Shown here: positions 31,138-42,104 of the stretch, piece by piece | Numbering within the stretch: position 1 is the first letter of the stretch | Layout: every line of letters starts with the position of its first letter | NCBI GenBank assembly: GCA_963675755.2 | Contig: CAXXMD010000003.1 | Span: 1,792,001-1,856,000 of the forward strand | DNA from: a bacterium | Lineage (GTDB): Bacteria > Zhuqueibacterota > Zhuqueibacteria > Residuimicrobiales > Krinioviventaceae | Direction: 5' to 3' | Length of the DNA: 64,000 bases | Translations under genes and position numbers: made by a program | The notes under the pieces: generated by a model | Told to the model about the DNA's origin: nothing | The model's database searches: none | Seen by the model: the letters and a program-made list of their open reading frames with translations, nothing else

Positions 31138-34100
31138 ATGGTATATCGAACCGGCCGATGGATTGTATTGTTTATCCTTTTTATTTCAAGTATTCAGTTA
31201 AAAGCCCAGTATTTAACTGAGCAATGGAGTTTTGCAGCTTTCCATACACCCATTGGTTTGCCGAATATCTGCTGTGCTGATCTGAATGATGATGGGAAAC
31301 AAGAGATAGTATTGGGACATTCTTTTGGAAGTCGCATAACTATTCTTGAATATCAAAATGGTGATTATGTTCCAATCTGGAATAGCCGTATTTTCAATGC
31401 GACTACTTTATATGCCGCGAGTTACCTAAATGTATTGGATATTGATAATGACAGTGAGAATGAGCTTGTAATTGTATTTGAAAATGGAGTCATTGAGATA
31501 TATGATGGTAAAACGTTAGAGATTGAATCATCGTTTCAGCAGGAAAAGTTTCCTGTAAAAGAATGCTGTATCAGTGATGTTGATAATGACGGGACCCAGG
31601 AAATTCTCATGTTTTTGTTTTATGACTTGTTGATCTATGATGCAGAGACTTTTGACTGCGAATGGGATTCCACTTTTAATTACCATTCCGATATCAAAGT
31701 AGGAGATATTGACGGAGATGGGGAAAATGAAATCGTATTAGGTGCAGGTAAGGTTTTAAACGGCAAGACTCACAAGGTCGAATGGAACTCTATGGTTGCA
31801 TTTGGAGAAGATATTGAACTGGCAGACATAGACCAGGATGGCATTGATGAAATAGTGGGTAGAAAGGATTATTTTAATGTGTTTGCATTTGACGGTCAAA
31901 GCCATGATGTTTTATGGCAATTGTCAACAGAATATGATATGAGATCACTTGCGGTTACCGATTTTGAAAATGACGGGATTTTGGAAATTTTATTGGGCCA
32001 ACAACAGGGCGGACATGTAGAGTGTTATAATGCAGCGAACAGAGAACTGTTATGGAAGATTGAAGGTAAGGACAATAGCATTCCTTCAATTTGTACAGGT
32101 GATCCGGATAATGATGGCAAGCAGGAATTGATCTGGGGAGATGGAGACTGGTCTAGCGGGCCGGATTTTCTCAATATTGCAGATGTGGAAACGCAAACCC
32201 TGGAGTGGGGTAGCTTGGACTTGGTGGGACCCTTTTGTGTGGAGGTAGACGACATTGATAATGACGGAAGGATTGATCTCTTGGCAGGTTCTAATAAATC
32301 CGACAATGGTTATAGTAATGGAATGTTGTTTGTTTATGATGCTATTACTCATGAGAAAAAAAAGGTATTGTATGAAAACGATGAAACCAGGGGATATATT
32401 GATTGGGTAAAGTCTTTTAATATTAACAGCACTCCGGAAAAGGAGATTTTTATTGGAGCAAATGGACGGATTAGTATGCAAAGCAGTGTAGACTATCAAC
32501 AGTTATGGTATGTTTTAAATACACGTTATGAAACTGACCCGGTATTTGGTGATATTGAGAATGATGGTTCTATTGAAATGCTTTTAGGATTAGAGGATCG
32601 GGGCATAGTGTCTTATGATATGTCAACTTTAACAGAGGAAAGGATTCTCACTGAAGACCATGCACGGGTTACTGCTTTAAAAATTATCGATTACGATGAT
32701 GATCCTGCTATGGAGATTTATTTTAGCAACAAAGGAGTTTTGTATATTATTGATGGTATAACCCGGGACATTCAATGGCAGGGGGACCCGGCTCCAACGC
32801 GTTATATTCAGGCAGTGGATTGGCACGATTTAAATTGTGATGGTGTTAATGATTTTTTATATGTAGATCATGAAGGTATGTTTACAGTGCTGGATGGTAC
32901 AACAATGGAGCTCATGTTTGAAAAAAATATAAACCGAGACAAAAATATTTCGGCAATATGTACAGGAAATTTTGATAATGCTTCCGGTAAAGAGATCATC
33001 TTGAGGGGAGAAAAATTGTATGTTTTGAGTGCATTTGATCTTTCCCTGCGCTGGCAAAGTGAATCTGTGGGAGGGGACGAATATACAAATTTGATTATAA
33101 AGGATACAGATAAAGACGATTATTTGGATTTTTATATGGGCTCTCCTGCCGGCTTTTATCATTTTGAAGCATCATCAAAACCGGATATAACCCCGCCGGT
33201 TGTTGAATCAGTACATCCACTTGCCGGTCAAAAGAATGTTCCAATTAATACATGCATCAATATCAACTTTTCGGAACGGATTAATCCCTTCCGCTTTGAA
33301 CAGGAAACTGTATGGCTAATGGATGATAAATCCAACACGATTGATTTTTCCATGACTTTTGATGATACATTAAATATTTTAACCATCAAACCGGATACCC
33401 TGCTGCCCGAAAACAATGTTCTGATTGTTACGGTGAGTGGTGAAATATGCGATTATTCGGGTTTGTCTCTTGATGGTGATTATGATGGCACAGGAGAAAA
33501 CGCACCCCAGGATAATTATATTTTTTCATTTAGTACAGGTACCCAAATTGATACCCTGGGGCCTGTGATTTTAAATGTGGTAACGAATGTTGATACGCTT
33601 GTTCATGGCAGCGATTTAATTGTTTCAGCTTTGGCGTGTGATACCTTGGGAGACATCCATTCCGGGATCAATAGTGTAGAATGTTTTATTGACAGCTTCG
33701 GGCAGGGATATATGTTTCAGGCAATTGATAACGCATTTGATTCAGAAAAGGAATCTGTTGAGCTGGTATTGAACAATTCTGATCTCACTGCGGGTTTTCA
33801 TGAACTGTTTATACATGCCCGGGACCAAAACGGTAATTGGGGGAATTTTGTTACGGTCCCAATACAGATTGTATTCCCAACACGTATCAATACTGATCAG
33901 CAAAAAATAATACCCGATCAATTTTGTTTGTATCCCAATTATCCAAATCCGTTTAACCACTCTACACAAATCTCTTTTGATTTGCCGAAAAGTAGTTTTG
34001 TGAATTTGAGTATATATGATATAAATGGTCGATTGGTAAAAACAATAGTTAACGAGACTATGCCTTTAGGAAATCATAGGTTTACTTGTGGTTTTTCTCC

Positions 34101-34179
34101 ATTTGCATCCGGAATTTATTTTTATTCATTAACTACCGGCGACTATAAATCAGTAAACAAGTGTGTATTTGTGAAATAA
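31138..34179 (+). CDS. FG-GAP/VCBS repeat protein with Ig-like domains and T9SS/FlgD-type C-terminal domain
   Basis: Many D.D.DG..E(I/L) repeats, 'DITPPVV...P....NVP....I.I.FSE' (Big_5-like) and NYPNPFN. Start set after an AAGGGG RBS. Confidence 0.87.
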   Translation: MVYRTGRWIVLFILFISSIQLKAQYLTEQWSFAAFHTPIGLPNICCADLNDDGKQEIVLGHSFGSRITILEYQNGDYVPIWNSRIFNATTLYAASYLNVLDIDNDSENELVIVFENGVIEIYDGKTLEIESSFQQEKFPVKECCISDVDNDGTQEILMFLFYDLLIYDAETFDCEWDSTFNYHSDIKVGDIDGDGENEIVLGAGKVLNGKTHKVEWNSMVAFGEDIELADIDQDGIDEIVGRKDYFNVFAFDGQSHDVLWQLSTEYDMRSLAVTDFENDGILEILLGQQQGGHVECYNAANRELLWKIEGKDNSIPSICTGDPDNDGKQELIWGDGDWSSGPDFLNIADVETQTLEWGSLDLVGPFCVEVDDIDNDGRIDLLAGSNKSDNGYSNGMLFVYDAITHEKKKVLYENDETRGYIDWVKSFNINSTPEKEIFIGANGRISMQSSVDYQQLWYVLNTRYETDPVFGDIENDGSIEMLLGLEDRGIVSYDMSTLTEERILTEDHARVTALKIIDYDDDPAMEIYFSNKGVLYIIDGITRDIQWQGDPAPTRYIQAVDWHDLNCDGVNDFLYVDHEGMFTVLDGTTMELMFEKNINRDKNISAICTGNFDNASGKEIILRGEKLYVLSAFDLSLRWQSESVGGDEYTNLIIKDTDKDDYLDFYMGSPAGFYHFEASSKPDITPPVVESVHPLAGQKNVPINTCININFSERINPFRFEQETVWLMDDKSNTIDFSMTFDDTLNILTIKPDTLLPENNVLIVTVSGEICDYSGLSLDGDYDGTGENAPQDNYIFSFSTGTQIDTLGPVILNVVTNVDTLVHGSDLIVSALACDTLGDIHSGINSVECFIDSFGQGYMFQAIDNAFDSEKESVELVLNNSDLTAGFHELFIHARDQNGNWGNFVTVPIQIVFPTRINTDQQKIIPDQFCLYPNYPNPFNHSTQISFDLPKSSFVNLSIYDINGRLVKTIVNETMPLGNHRFTCGFSPFASGIYFYSLTTGDYKSVNKCVFVK

Positions 34180-34227
34180 ATTTGTAAATTTATAGATAAT
34201 TTATGATGTGAATGATTGTGAGAATAA

Positions 34228-35076
34228 ATGAAGACCTCTTTGGATTGTATTCCCTGTATGATCAACAGCTTTTTGCGATTGTTGGGTAACGGTATGCTGC
34301 CGGAAGAAAAACATGTGGATGCTACTCAGCGACTGCTGGGGTATCTGGCCACTGCGGATCTGGAAAAATCTCCACCGGCTTTGGCGCGCGAGATGCATGC
34401 AATTATCCGGCAAGAGCTGAATAATCCTGATCCTTATCTGGAAATTAAAAATCAGTATAATCAAAAAATGATGGATATGCTGCCTCGGTTCGAAAAGATG
34501 ATAAGGGAAGCAGCCAATTCTTTTGATATGGCCCTGCGATTGGCAATGGCCGGGAATGTGATCGATTTTGGTCCGCAGAATCAATTAGACATTATACAGA
34601 CCATCAATCGGGTTGTGGATGCTGAATTTGGCATTGATGATTCCAAAATTTTGCAGCAACAGGTAGCGTCTGCCAAGTCGTTGTTGTACATTGGTGATAA
34701 CTGTGGAGAAATTGTTCTGGACCGATTGTTCCTGCAAACGATAAATCATCCCAACGTCACCTTTGTGGTTCGCGGAGGTCCTGCCATTAACGACGCACTG
34801 ATTGAGGATGCTGATTTTGCAAGAATCCCGGATTATGCTGGAATCATAACCACCGGCGACAACTCGCCCGGTGCGGTGTGGGAGACTGCGTCGCAAGAGT
34901 TTAGGGACGCGGTTATGTCTGCGGATGTGGTGATATCAAAGGGACAGGGCAATCTGGAAGCATTGATGGATGTGCAAGCCAATATTTATTTTATACTCGT
35001 AGCAAAGTGTGATGGAATCGCATCCAAGCTGGGCGCTAAAACCGGGGACTTTATTGTCAAACGGCAAAAGTTTTGA
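34228..35076 (+). CDS. ARMT1-like / DUF89 damage-control phosphatase
   Basis: CIPC, AGNVIDFG, DNCGEIVLD, SKGQGNLE and KC motifs. Confidence 0.9.
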   Translation: MKTSLDCIPCMINSFLRLLGNGMLPEEKHVDATQRLLGYLATADLEKSPPALAREMHAIIRQELNNPDPYLEIKNQYNQKMMDMLPRFEKMIREAANSFDMALRLAMAGNVIDFGPQNQLDIIQTINRVVDAEFGIDDSKILQQQVASAKSLLYIGDNCGEIVLDRLFLQTINHPNVTFVVRGGPAINDALIEDADFARIPDYAGIITTGDNSPGAVWETASQEFRDAVMSADVVISKGQGNLEALMDVQANIYFILVAKCDGIASKLGAKTGDFIVKRQKF

Positions 35077-35150
35077 ACCACAGAATATATACCCGGTCTT
35101 TACTTTTATTCAACAAACGGATACTCTGAAGCCGGGGAGGAAGTAAAAAT

Positions 35151-36020
35151 ATGATCCACGCTATTGAATCCCAAATTACGGCGAACCGGCATCTCAATCT
35201 GTTTTTTGATCATCTGGACCAGGTTTTGTCTGTAACAGATACGTTCAGAACCAGGATCCTGGATTTGAAAAAACAAGATTCTGTTGATATTGAGCAACTG
35301 ATTGAACAGACTGCGCGGCAGTCCATCCAGGCCATCTATCAAATTAACCAGTATATCGATATTCCTGAACAGGATATGGACGAACTGAAACAAATATATC
35401 GTATTACCTGGGACGAGATAGATACGCACAATTTTGATGCGATAATGAGGGCCCATCATTACCGTCTTGCGGACTGGCTGGCGCGCTTTTATCCCGACGC
35501 GTTTATTAAGGCCTTGAAACAGCAGCCTCAGGTTGGTGCAGTGCTGAACAAATCCTATTCCGCAGAATTTCAACTGCAAGTGTTGAATATTGATGTGGAA
35601 ACTCTGCAGGCCCCTGTATTGGATATTGGCTGCGGCCCGGAGGGGAATCTCGTCCGGGAACTGGTAGAAAACGGAATTGACGCGATTGGGATTGACCGCA
35701 TTATTAACAGTCCGGAGACGTATTTGATTGAATCCAACTGGTTCGATTTTGATCTCCGGCAGAAATCATGGGGAACGGTCATCTCTAACATGGGGTTCAG
35801 TAACCATCTTGTCTATTGTCTGCGAAATGAACCGGAACGGGTTTCCGCGTATCTTTTGCGATACCGGGAGATTCTTGATTCGCTCAAGCCGTGCGGTGAG
35901 TTTATTTATGCCCCCTCTATACCTGTAGTGGAAGAACGGCTTGACAGTCGCAGCTGGCAGGTGGTCCGTAACGAGGTCACTCCTGGGATTTGGGTGACAC
36001 GAATCATTCGTCGCGTATAA
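35151..36020 (+). CDS. SAM-dependent methyltransferase-like protein
   Basis: VLDIGCG motif in the C-terminal half. Confidence 0.7.
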   Translation: MIHAIESQITANRHLNLFFDHLDQVLSVTDTFRTRILDLKKQDSVDIEQLIEQTARQSIQAIYQINQYIDIPEQDMDELKQIYRITWDEIDTHNFDAIMRAHHYRLADWLARFYPDAFIKALKQQPQVGAVLNKSYSAEFQLQVLNIDVETLQAPVLDIGCGPEGNLVRELVENGIDAIGIDRIINSPETYLIESNWFDFDLRQKSWGTVISNMGFSNHLVYCLRNEPERVSAYLLRYREILDSLKPCGEFIYAPSIPVVEERLDSRSWQVVRNEVTPGIWVTRIIRRV

Positions 36021-36181
36021 AAAGACGGATTGGTTGGTTACTTTCATTTTGAGCTATTGACCAGTGAAAAGATTTGAGAAAATCTTTGATTTTTTAAATG
36101 CCTTTTATATATTCTTTTACTCGTCTCATGTATTTATGAATTCACGCTGTAAATAACCTGAAAAAATAACTGGAGTTTGAC

Positions 36182-38707
36182 ATGTCAAAATTGCTGAAAC
36201 TACTCCCCGTTGTATTGATGTTTTTACTGTTGAATGTTTTTGTAAATTGTTCAAGCGGTAGCAAACAACCGGTGGATTATGTAAATCCCATGATTGGAAC
36301 GGATGCTGCCGGTCACACGTTTCCCGGGGCGTGTTTGCCTTTTGGCATGGTGCAATTAAGTCCAGATAACGGATACCAGGGAGTCAAAGCCTACAGTTAT
36401 GCCGGAAAGACCATTCTGGGTTTCAGCCATACCCATTTGAGCGGCACGGGTCCTTATACCAAAACACACTATAACAATGTGTTGATCATGCCTACAATTG
36501 GCGATGTGGAAATTATGCCGGGCGTACAAAAAGAACTCAATGCCGAAGCGGCCAAAAGAACAAAAAAACAGTTACAGCAAATGTCCGCAAAAGAACGTGA
36601 GAAAAAACAGCGTGATATTATAAATAAAGAAAAGTTAAAAATCCTTGATGAATACAATATGGATGAAGACGGCTATTATTCGGAAGAGACCTTTCACGGA
36701 TATGAATCTGCATACAACCATGATGAAGAAGTAACCAGTCCCGGTTATTATGCGGTAAACCTGCAGGACTATGGTATCAAAGCCGAGATGACTGTCACCG
36801 AGCGTGTTGGGCTGCATCGCTATACGTTTCCCGCGTCTGAGAACGCGCATATCATTATGGATGTGACGCACTCGCTCACCCCGGACCGTGACGCGCATGT
36901 GAAAATTTTGAGCGATCACCAGATTGAAGGATATGTGACAGGAGATATGGAAGGCTCTTATAATTTGCCGCTTACCTGTTATTATTACGCGGAATTCAGC
37001 AAACCCTTTACGTCTGCAAGTACCTGGAATGGTGAAACGATATATGATGGACAAAAAGAGATTTCCGGTAGAGACGGTGTAGGTGCTGTTTTAAATTATG
37101 CAACCACGGAAGGTGAACAGGTTTTGATCAAAGTGGGCATCTCTTTTGTCAGCATAGAAGGTGCCAAAAAGAACATGGAGGCAGAACTGCCGCACTGGGA
37201 TTTTGATCAAGTGCATCAGGCAGCCAGAGACAAATGGAACAAAAAGTTGGACAAAATCGCCATCAAGGGAGCCACAGAAGACCAGAAAATTATTTTCTAT
37301 TCGTCCATGTATCACGCGCACATGTTTCCCCGTGTATTTTCTGATGTTGACGGCAAGTACTACAGCCATTTTGACGATGCGGTTCACGGCAGTCCCGAGG
37401 CTCGCTATTATGTGGATTTCTCCCTTTGGGATACTTACCGGGCGCACCATCCTCTGCTGGCATATTTAGAGCCGGAACGTCAGAACGAGATGATCAGAAC
37501 GTTTCTGGCCATGTACGATCAGGGCGGAAGGCTGCCACTGCATGTAAGCTACAAGAACCATTACCAGGCGGTAATGATTGGCGATCACGCAACCTCTGTT
37601 ATTGTGGATTCGTACATGAAAGGCCTGCGCGATTATGATGTGGAAAAGGCATACGAAGCCATGCGTAAAAATGCCATGGAGCCGGGTGAACGACCCTGGA
37701 GTCGCTATGGTCTGGATTATTATATGAAGATGAAATACATTCCCGCGGACAAGGTGCGCGAGTCTGTATCCGTAACACTTGAAGATGCCTATGACGACTG
37801 GTGTATGGCAGAGATTGCCAAAGCCCTTGGCAAAGACGATGATGCTGTCTATTTCAGCAATCGTTCTTTGTATTACCGCAACCTGTATGATATGCAAACC
37901 GGATTTATGCGTCCCCGTATGCTTGACGGCTCGTGGCTGGGCATGTGTGATAATGAATTGCCCCACATTGTCACCACCGATGTGCACCCCTATTACAGCT
38001 GTTTTGATCCCTTGTGGGTGGGTGTGAGTCCCAATCGTCATTTTACTGAATCGAGTGCGTGGCAGTACCTGTGGTATGTACCCCACGATATTTATGGCCT
38101 GAGCCAGCTTATGGGCGGCGAGGATGCCTTTGTTGAAAAATTGGATAGTTTATTTATCATGTCACCCAAAGAATCCGGTGAACGTCAATACGCACCGCTT
38201 CGCAGCAAAATTGGCCAGTATGTTCACGGCAATGAGCCGGTTCACCATGTGGCGTATTTGTTTAATTATGTGGGACAACCGTGGAAAACCCAGAAATGGG
38301 TGAACGAAGTTCGAAATAAAATGTACGGCACCGGTCCGGATGGCTTGTGCGGCAACGACGATATGGGCCAAATGTCCGCATGGTATATCTTTAGTGCGCT
38401 TGGATTTTATCCTGTAGCGCCGGGACAAAATGCATTTGTCATCGGTACACCCTTGTTTGAAGAAGCAACCCTGAATCTGGGTGAATATTTTAACAACAAA
38501 ACCTTTACCGTCAAGGCAGACAATGTATCTGCGGAGAATATCTATATCCAGTCCGCAACGTTGAATGGCGAGCCCTTAAACAAAAACTGGATCTCACATG
38601 AGGAAATTGTCAATGGCGGCACCCTCATCTTTAATATGGGTCCACAACCCAACACAGAGTGGGGCAGTGCACCGGAATCGGTCCCACCGTCTTTGACAAA
38701 AGGATAG
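36182..38707 (+). CDS. GH92 alpha-1,2-mannosidase lipoprotein
   Basis: YVNPMIGT, TFPGA..PFGMVQLSPD, FSLWDTYR, YVHGNEP.HH and GNDD.GQMSAWY. Confidence 0.95.
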   Translation: MSKLLKLLPVVLMFLLLNVFVNCSSGSKQPVDYVNPMIGTDAAGHTFPGACLPFGMVQLSPDNGYQGVKAYSYAGKTILGFSHTHLSGTGPYTKTHYNNVLIMPTIGDVEIMPGVQKELNAEAAKRTKKQLQQMSAKEREKKQRDIINKEKLKILDEYNMDEDGYYSEETFHGYESAYNHDEEVTSPGYYAVNLQDYGIKAEMTVTERVGLHRYTFPASENAHIIMDVTHSLTPDRDAHVKILSDHQIEGYVTGDMEGSYNLPLTCYYYAEFSKPFTSASTWNGETIYDGQKEISGRDGVGAVLNYATTEGEQVLIKVGISFVSIEGAKKNMEAELPHWDFDQVHQAARDKWNKKLDKIAIKGATEDQKIIFYSSMYHAHMFPRVFSDVDGKYYSHFDDAVHGSPEARYYVDFSLWDTYRAHHPLLAYLEPERQNEMIRTFLAMYDQGGRLPLHVSYKNHYQAVMIGDHATSVIVDSYMKGLRDYDVEKAYEAMRKNAMEPGERPWSRYGLDYYMKMKYIPADKVRESVSVTLEDAYDDWCMAEIAKALGKDDDAVYFSNRSLYYRNLYDMQTGFMRPRMLDGSWLGMCDNELPHIVTTDVHPYYSCFDPLWVGVSPNRHFTESSAWQYLWYVPHDIYGLSQLMGGEDAFVEKLDSLFIMSPKESGERQYAPLRSKIGQYVHGNEPVHHVAYLFNYVGQPWKTQKWVNEVRNKMYGTGPDGLCGNDDMGQMSAWYIFSALGFYPVAPGQNAFVIGTPLFEEATLNLGEYFNNKTFTVKADNVSAENIYIQSATLNGEPLNKNWISHEEIVNGGTLIFNMGPQPNTEWGSAPESVPPSLTKG

Positions 38708-38722
38708 ATTGTAGAATTTATG

Positions 38723-38785
38723 AAAACCGGTCTTTTGATACATCCCGATCTGTCAAGTGACGGATCGGGAGCTTGCCGGTTTTTT
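38723..38785. terminator. bidirectional terminator-like hairpin with a nested palindrome
   Basis: aaaaccgg...cccgatc(tgtcaagtgacg)gatcggg...ccggtttt lies between convergent genes. Confidence 0.6.
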
Positions 38786-38829
38786 GATCGTAATCGTTGA
38801 GCGCGGTGCTCTCTTTCCCGAATAGCTTG

Positions 38830-39450
38830 TTACTCTACAAGAATAAACTCTTTTTTCTCCAGATCATAATTAAAGACTTCTCCGGTCTCTATAATATAAT
38901 ACCACCCAAGTATACTCAATGTATTATTCTCTACCCGTTCTTCAATATAGGGATAGGTCAACAGGTGGTTCAACTGTTCAACAATGTTCAATTGTTCGGT
39001 TTTCCACTCACGTTCCGCAGGGTCTATTATGTTTTCTTTTTCAATTTTCGTCTTGACTTTTTGAGCCAGTTCCAACCATCTTTGGGTATGGGGGAGCTTT
39101 TTCATGAATGCTTTTTCCGCATAGAGCGCTTTGCATCCGCCGCAGTTTGAATGTCCGCAAACCACAATATTTTTCACATCCAGTACCTGTACGGCATATT
39201 CAATTGCTGAAGTGGTGGATAGGAACTCGTTAGACAGGCGGTAGTGGGGAACCATGTTGGCAATATTGCGAATGATGAACAAATCGCCGGGCAGCGTTTT
39301 GGTGATCAGGGTCGGCACAATGCGTGAATCCGAACAGCTGATAAACAATGTATGCGGATTTTGCTGCTTGCCGATGCTGGCAAAAAGGTCCTTGTGCTCC
39401 AGAAAATCGGTTTGATTGAATTTGATAATACCGTCGTACAATTCTTTCAT
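38830..39450 (-). CDS. beta-class carbonic anhydrase
   Basis: Zinc ligands in CSDSR and GHSNCGG, plus RNIAN. Confidence 0.95.
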   Translation of the reverse strand: MKELYDGIIKFNQTDFLEHKDLFASIGKQQNPHTLFISCSDSRIVPTLITKTLPGDLFIIRNIANMVPHYRLSNEFLSTTSAIEYAVQVLDVKNIVVCGHSNCGGCKALYAEKAFMKKLPHTQRWLELAQKVKTKIEKENIIDPAEREWKTEQLNIVEQLNHLLTYPYIEERVENNTLSILGWYYIIETGEVFNYDLEKKEFILVE

Positions 39451-39567
39451 GTTCAAATCCTTTTTAGGGTATTGTTGAATGCGAAAATATAGGGATTTAT
39501 GTGTTTAATTTCAACAAGCGGTATTAAAAATTGAAACCGGCTGTTGCAAGAAAAGCAGGTAGAACTT

Positions 39568-40335
39568 AATTTCTGGTTTTAGGGCGCTGCCCTGGAATCT
39601 AAAAGATAGCCCACAAAATGCACGAATAAACACATAAATATAAAAAACACGGGCCCCGGGTTCGAGCGAGTCCGCCAAAGCGGATGAGCGAGAGTATCAA
39701 AGGGCCGAGCCTAAAAAAAACAACAGATAAATCCGCCAGCAGTTGGACTTATGCGGATAAATAAAGATAAAAACAAATGATCGTGACGGAGATAAGCGCA
39801 GCGATCTCCGTCACGTAACCACTTGCCCAAATTATCAGGTTGTGTAAAAATAAATTAAAACAGAATAACTCAAGAGAAATGTAAAAAAGACGTGGAGTGC
39901 TGTACCTTTATGTACAGCAGGCCGTCGGAGACGGCCTCATAACAATTATATTTAAATAAAAATTTTGAACAAAAGATGCTTTCATAAATATTTAACATTT
40001 AATCCTAAGGCCCAATTTATATCGGACCTACGGCCCGACGCGGCGCATAAAGGCGCCGCACTCCAAATACACCTAATTTCTGGTTCCAGTGGCTCTGCCC
40101 TGGAACCCAAAAATAAAACGCAGAGAAGCAGAGGGCCCAGAGAAAAAATATTTAAAGGTTACTCCGTGACGGAGACCGCGTTGCTAAACTCCGTCACGAT
40201 CTTTTGGGTGGTTTTTTCTCTGTGCCGGAGTTTATCCGCCAACTGGCGGATGCCTCTGTGGTTATTATTATTGTATTTTTCATTATCGATCTGATTATCC
40301 TGTGATTGAGTCTGCTCCACTAAACTCCGTCACGT
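39568..40335. repeat. mosaic cluster of palindromic repeat modules
   Basis: Contains cgtgacggaga...tctccgtcacg, ggttccag...ctggaacc, ttcgagcgagtccgccaaagcgg and tggagtgc hairpins. All but the tggagtgc pair recur at 41540-42092 or 58035-59055. Confidence 0.85.
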
Positions 40336-40535
40336 TAGAATTGAATCTCAAGTGTAAAAATGTCTTGTATTTATTGCCGGGATTTTATATCTATAGATAT
40401 ATGCGACACTGATCTGGGGATTACAGCACGGAATGATTTTCTAATACCATATTCTGATGATGCATTGATTTTTTATAAAATAGGTGCAGTCTAAAAATGT
40501 TTATATTCTAAAACAAAATATGGGGAGAATGTAAA

Positions 40536-41519
40536 ATGAAAACAGCAAAATTTGTATTTCCGCTATTCATAACACTTTTACTTTTGAGTTGTGAAACATC
40601 CAAAAATCCGTTATCACCTGAATCAGGAAGCGGGAGTTGGAAAGGTGCGTCAACGGTAAATTCCGGTTTACGAGATATTTATTTTATCGACGCTGATAAT
40701 GGCTGGATAGTAGGCGACAATGGAAACATCTTTTATTCAAACAATGGCGGTACAACCTGGCAAAAACAAAACAGCGGAACCACGGCCAAACTCGTTTCCA
40801 TCTATTTTGTTGATAATCAAAATGGATTTGCTGCCGGATATGATAATACCCTGCTTTACACTCATGATGGCGGCAAGAATTGGAATGCGCTTGATATAAA
40901 AAGCGATAGTGCTACAATATTTAGCAGCATCTGTGCTGATGGTGATAACAATGTGTGGTTTGTTTCAAATTATGGAGAAATATTTTATTCAACAAATTTG
41001 GGAAAGGACTGGATTTTAAAGAACCAGCTTGAAACCTGGGGATACTCTTATTTATCATTCCCCAATAGTTCTGTTGGATTTGCAAGAGATGCACTTGGTG
41101 CTAAATTGATGAAAACAGTCGATGGCGGCAATACCTGGAATCAATGCCAAGTTCCTACGATGTGGTCCAGGAGTATTTATTTCCTGGATGACAATTTTGG
41201 ATGGATGACAGAAGATTGGGGGCCCAGTTCGACCATTCATGACAGTGCTTCAGTATATAAAACCATTGATGGAGGGGCAACATGGCAACGTCAGGCAATG
41301 TTGCCCGGATTGTCTTTGGGTATTGTTCAATTTGTGAATATTGAAAAAGGATGGTTATCCCAGGTAACTAAAATTTATCATACATCAGATGGCGGAAACT
41401 CGTGGAATGTTCAGTTTGAAAATGAAGATGTGGGTTATATTACGGATATGTATTTCCTGAATGAATCAAAGGGCTGGGCAATCACAAACAGCGGGGTTGT
41501 TCTTGTTTATGGCCCCTGA
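40536..41519 (+). CDS. YCF48-related beta-propeller lipoprotein (BNR/Asp-box repeats)
   Basis: Lipobox LLSC and repeated (T/S).DGG.TW / F.D...GW blades. Confidence 0.88.
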   Translation: MKTAKFVFPLFITLLLLSCETSKNPLSPESGSGSWKGASTVNSGLRDIYFIDADNGWIVGDNGNIFYSNNGGTTWQKQNSGTTAKLVSIYFVDNQNGFAAGYDNTLLYTHDGGKNWNALDIKSDSATIFSSICADGDNNVWFVSNYGEIFYSTNLGKDWILKNQLETWGYSYLSFPNSSVGFARDALGAKLMKTVDGGNTWNQCQVPTMWSRSIYFLDDNFGWMTEDWGPSSTIHDSASVYKTIDGGATWQRQAMLPGLSLGIVQFVNIEKGWLSQVTKIYHTSDGGNSWNVQFENEDVGYITDMYFLNESKGWAITNSGVVLVYGP

Positions 41520-41539
41520 TAGTGTATGATTTATCATGC

Positions 41540-42092
41540 CACGGATTCCAGGGGCTCTGACTTTACAAAAAGATGACCCACGAAATGCACGAATAAGCAC
41601 AAAAATATAAAAAACGAGGATTGTAGAACGAAATTCATTTCGTTTGTTCGTCGCAGACGGACGCATTTCGATCTGGATAACAGATAAACCACAGAGACTC
41701 AGAGTTCACAGAGGAAAACAAAAATATAAAAAACACGGGCTCCGGGTTCGAGCGAGTCCGCCAAAGCGGAGGAGGGAGAGTATAAAAGGGCCAGGCGCAT
41801 AATTTATTTCACCTCGGATTCCGTTGGCCCATCCCGGGAGCCAAAAGATAGCCCACGAAATTGCACCAAAGGACACAAAAAGAAAAACAGAAATTTACCA
41901 CATACAAATCCGTCAGCAGACGGACTCGTGCGGATAAATCAGCAAGGGGCCGGACACGCGCAGATAAAAACACATGATCGTGACGGAGATAAGTGCAGCG
42001 ATCTCCGTCACGCATGGATGATTTCTTTGTGAGCTTTGTGTCTTGGTGAGGGCCTGTTTTTGACTCACACGGAGGCACAAAGGCACAGAGAA
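41540..42092. repeat. mosaic cluster of palindromic repeat modules
   Basis: Same modules as 39568-40335 in the same orientation, plus a 'tgtagaacgaaattcatttcgttt' GTAG-type module. Confidence 0.85.
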
Positions 42093-42104
42093 ATAAAAAA
42101 TGAA

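Noticed and set aside
40400-40495. Possible riboswitch upstream of the YCF48-like gene (ctgatgatgc motif)
   Set aside because: It lacks the remaining consensus of the fluoride riboswitch or any other riboswitch I can recognise. An Rfam scan would be needed.
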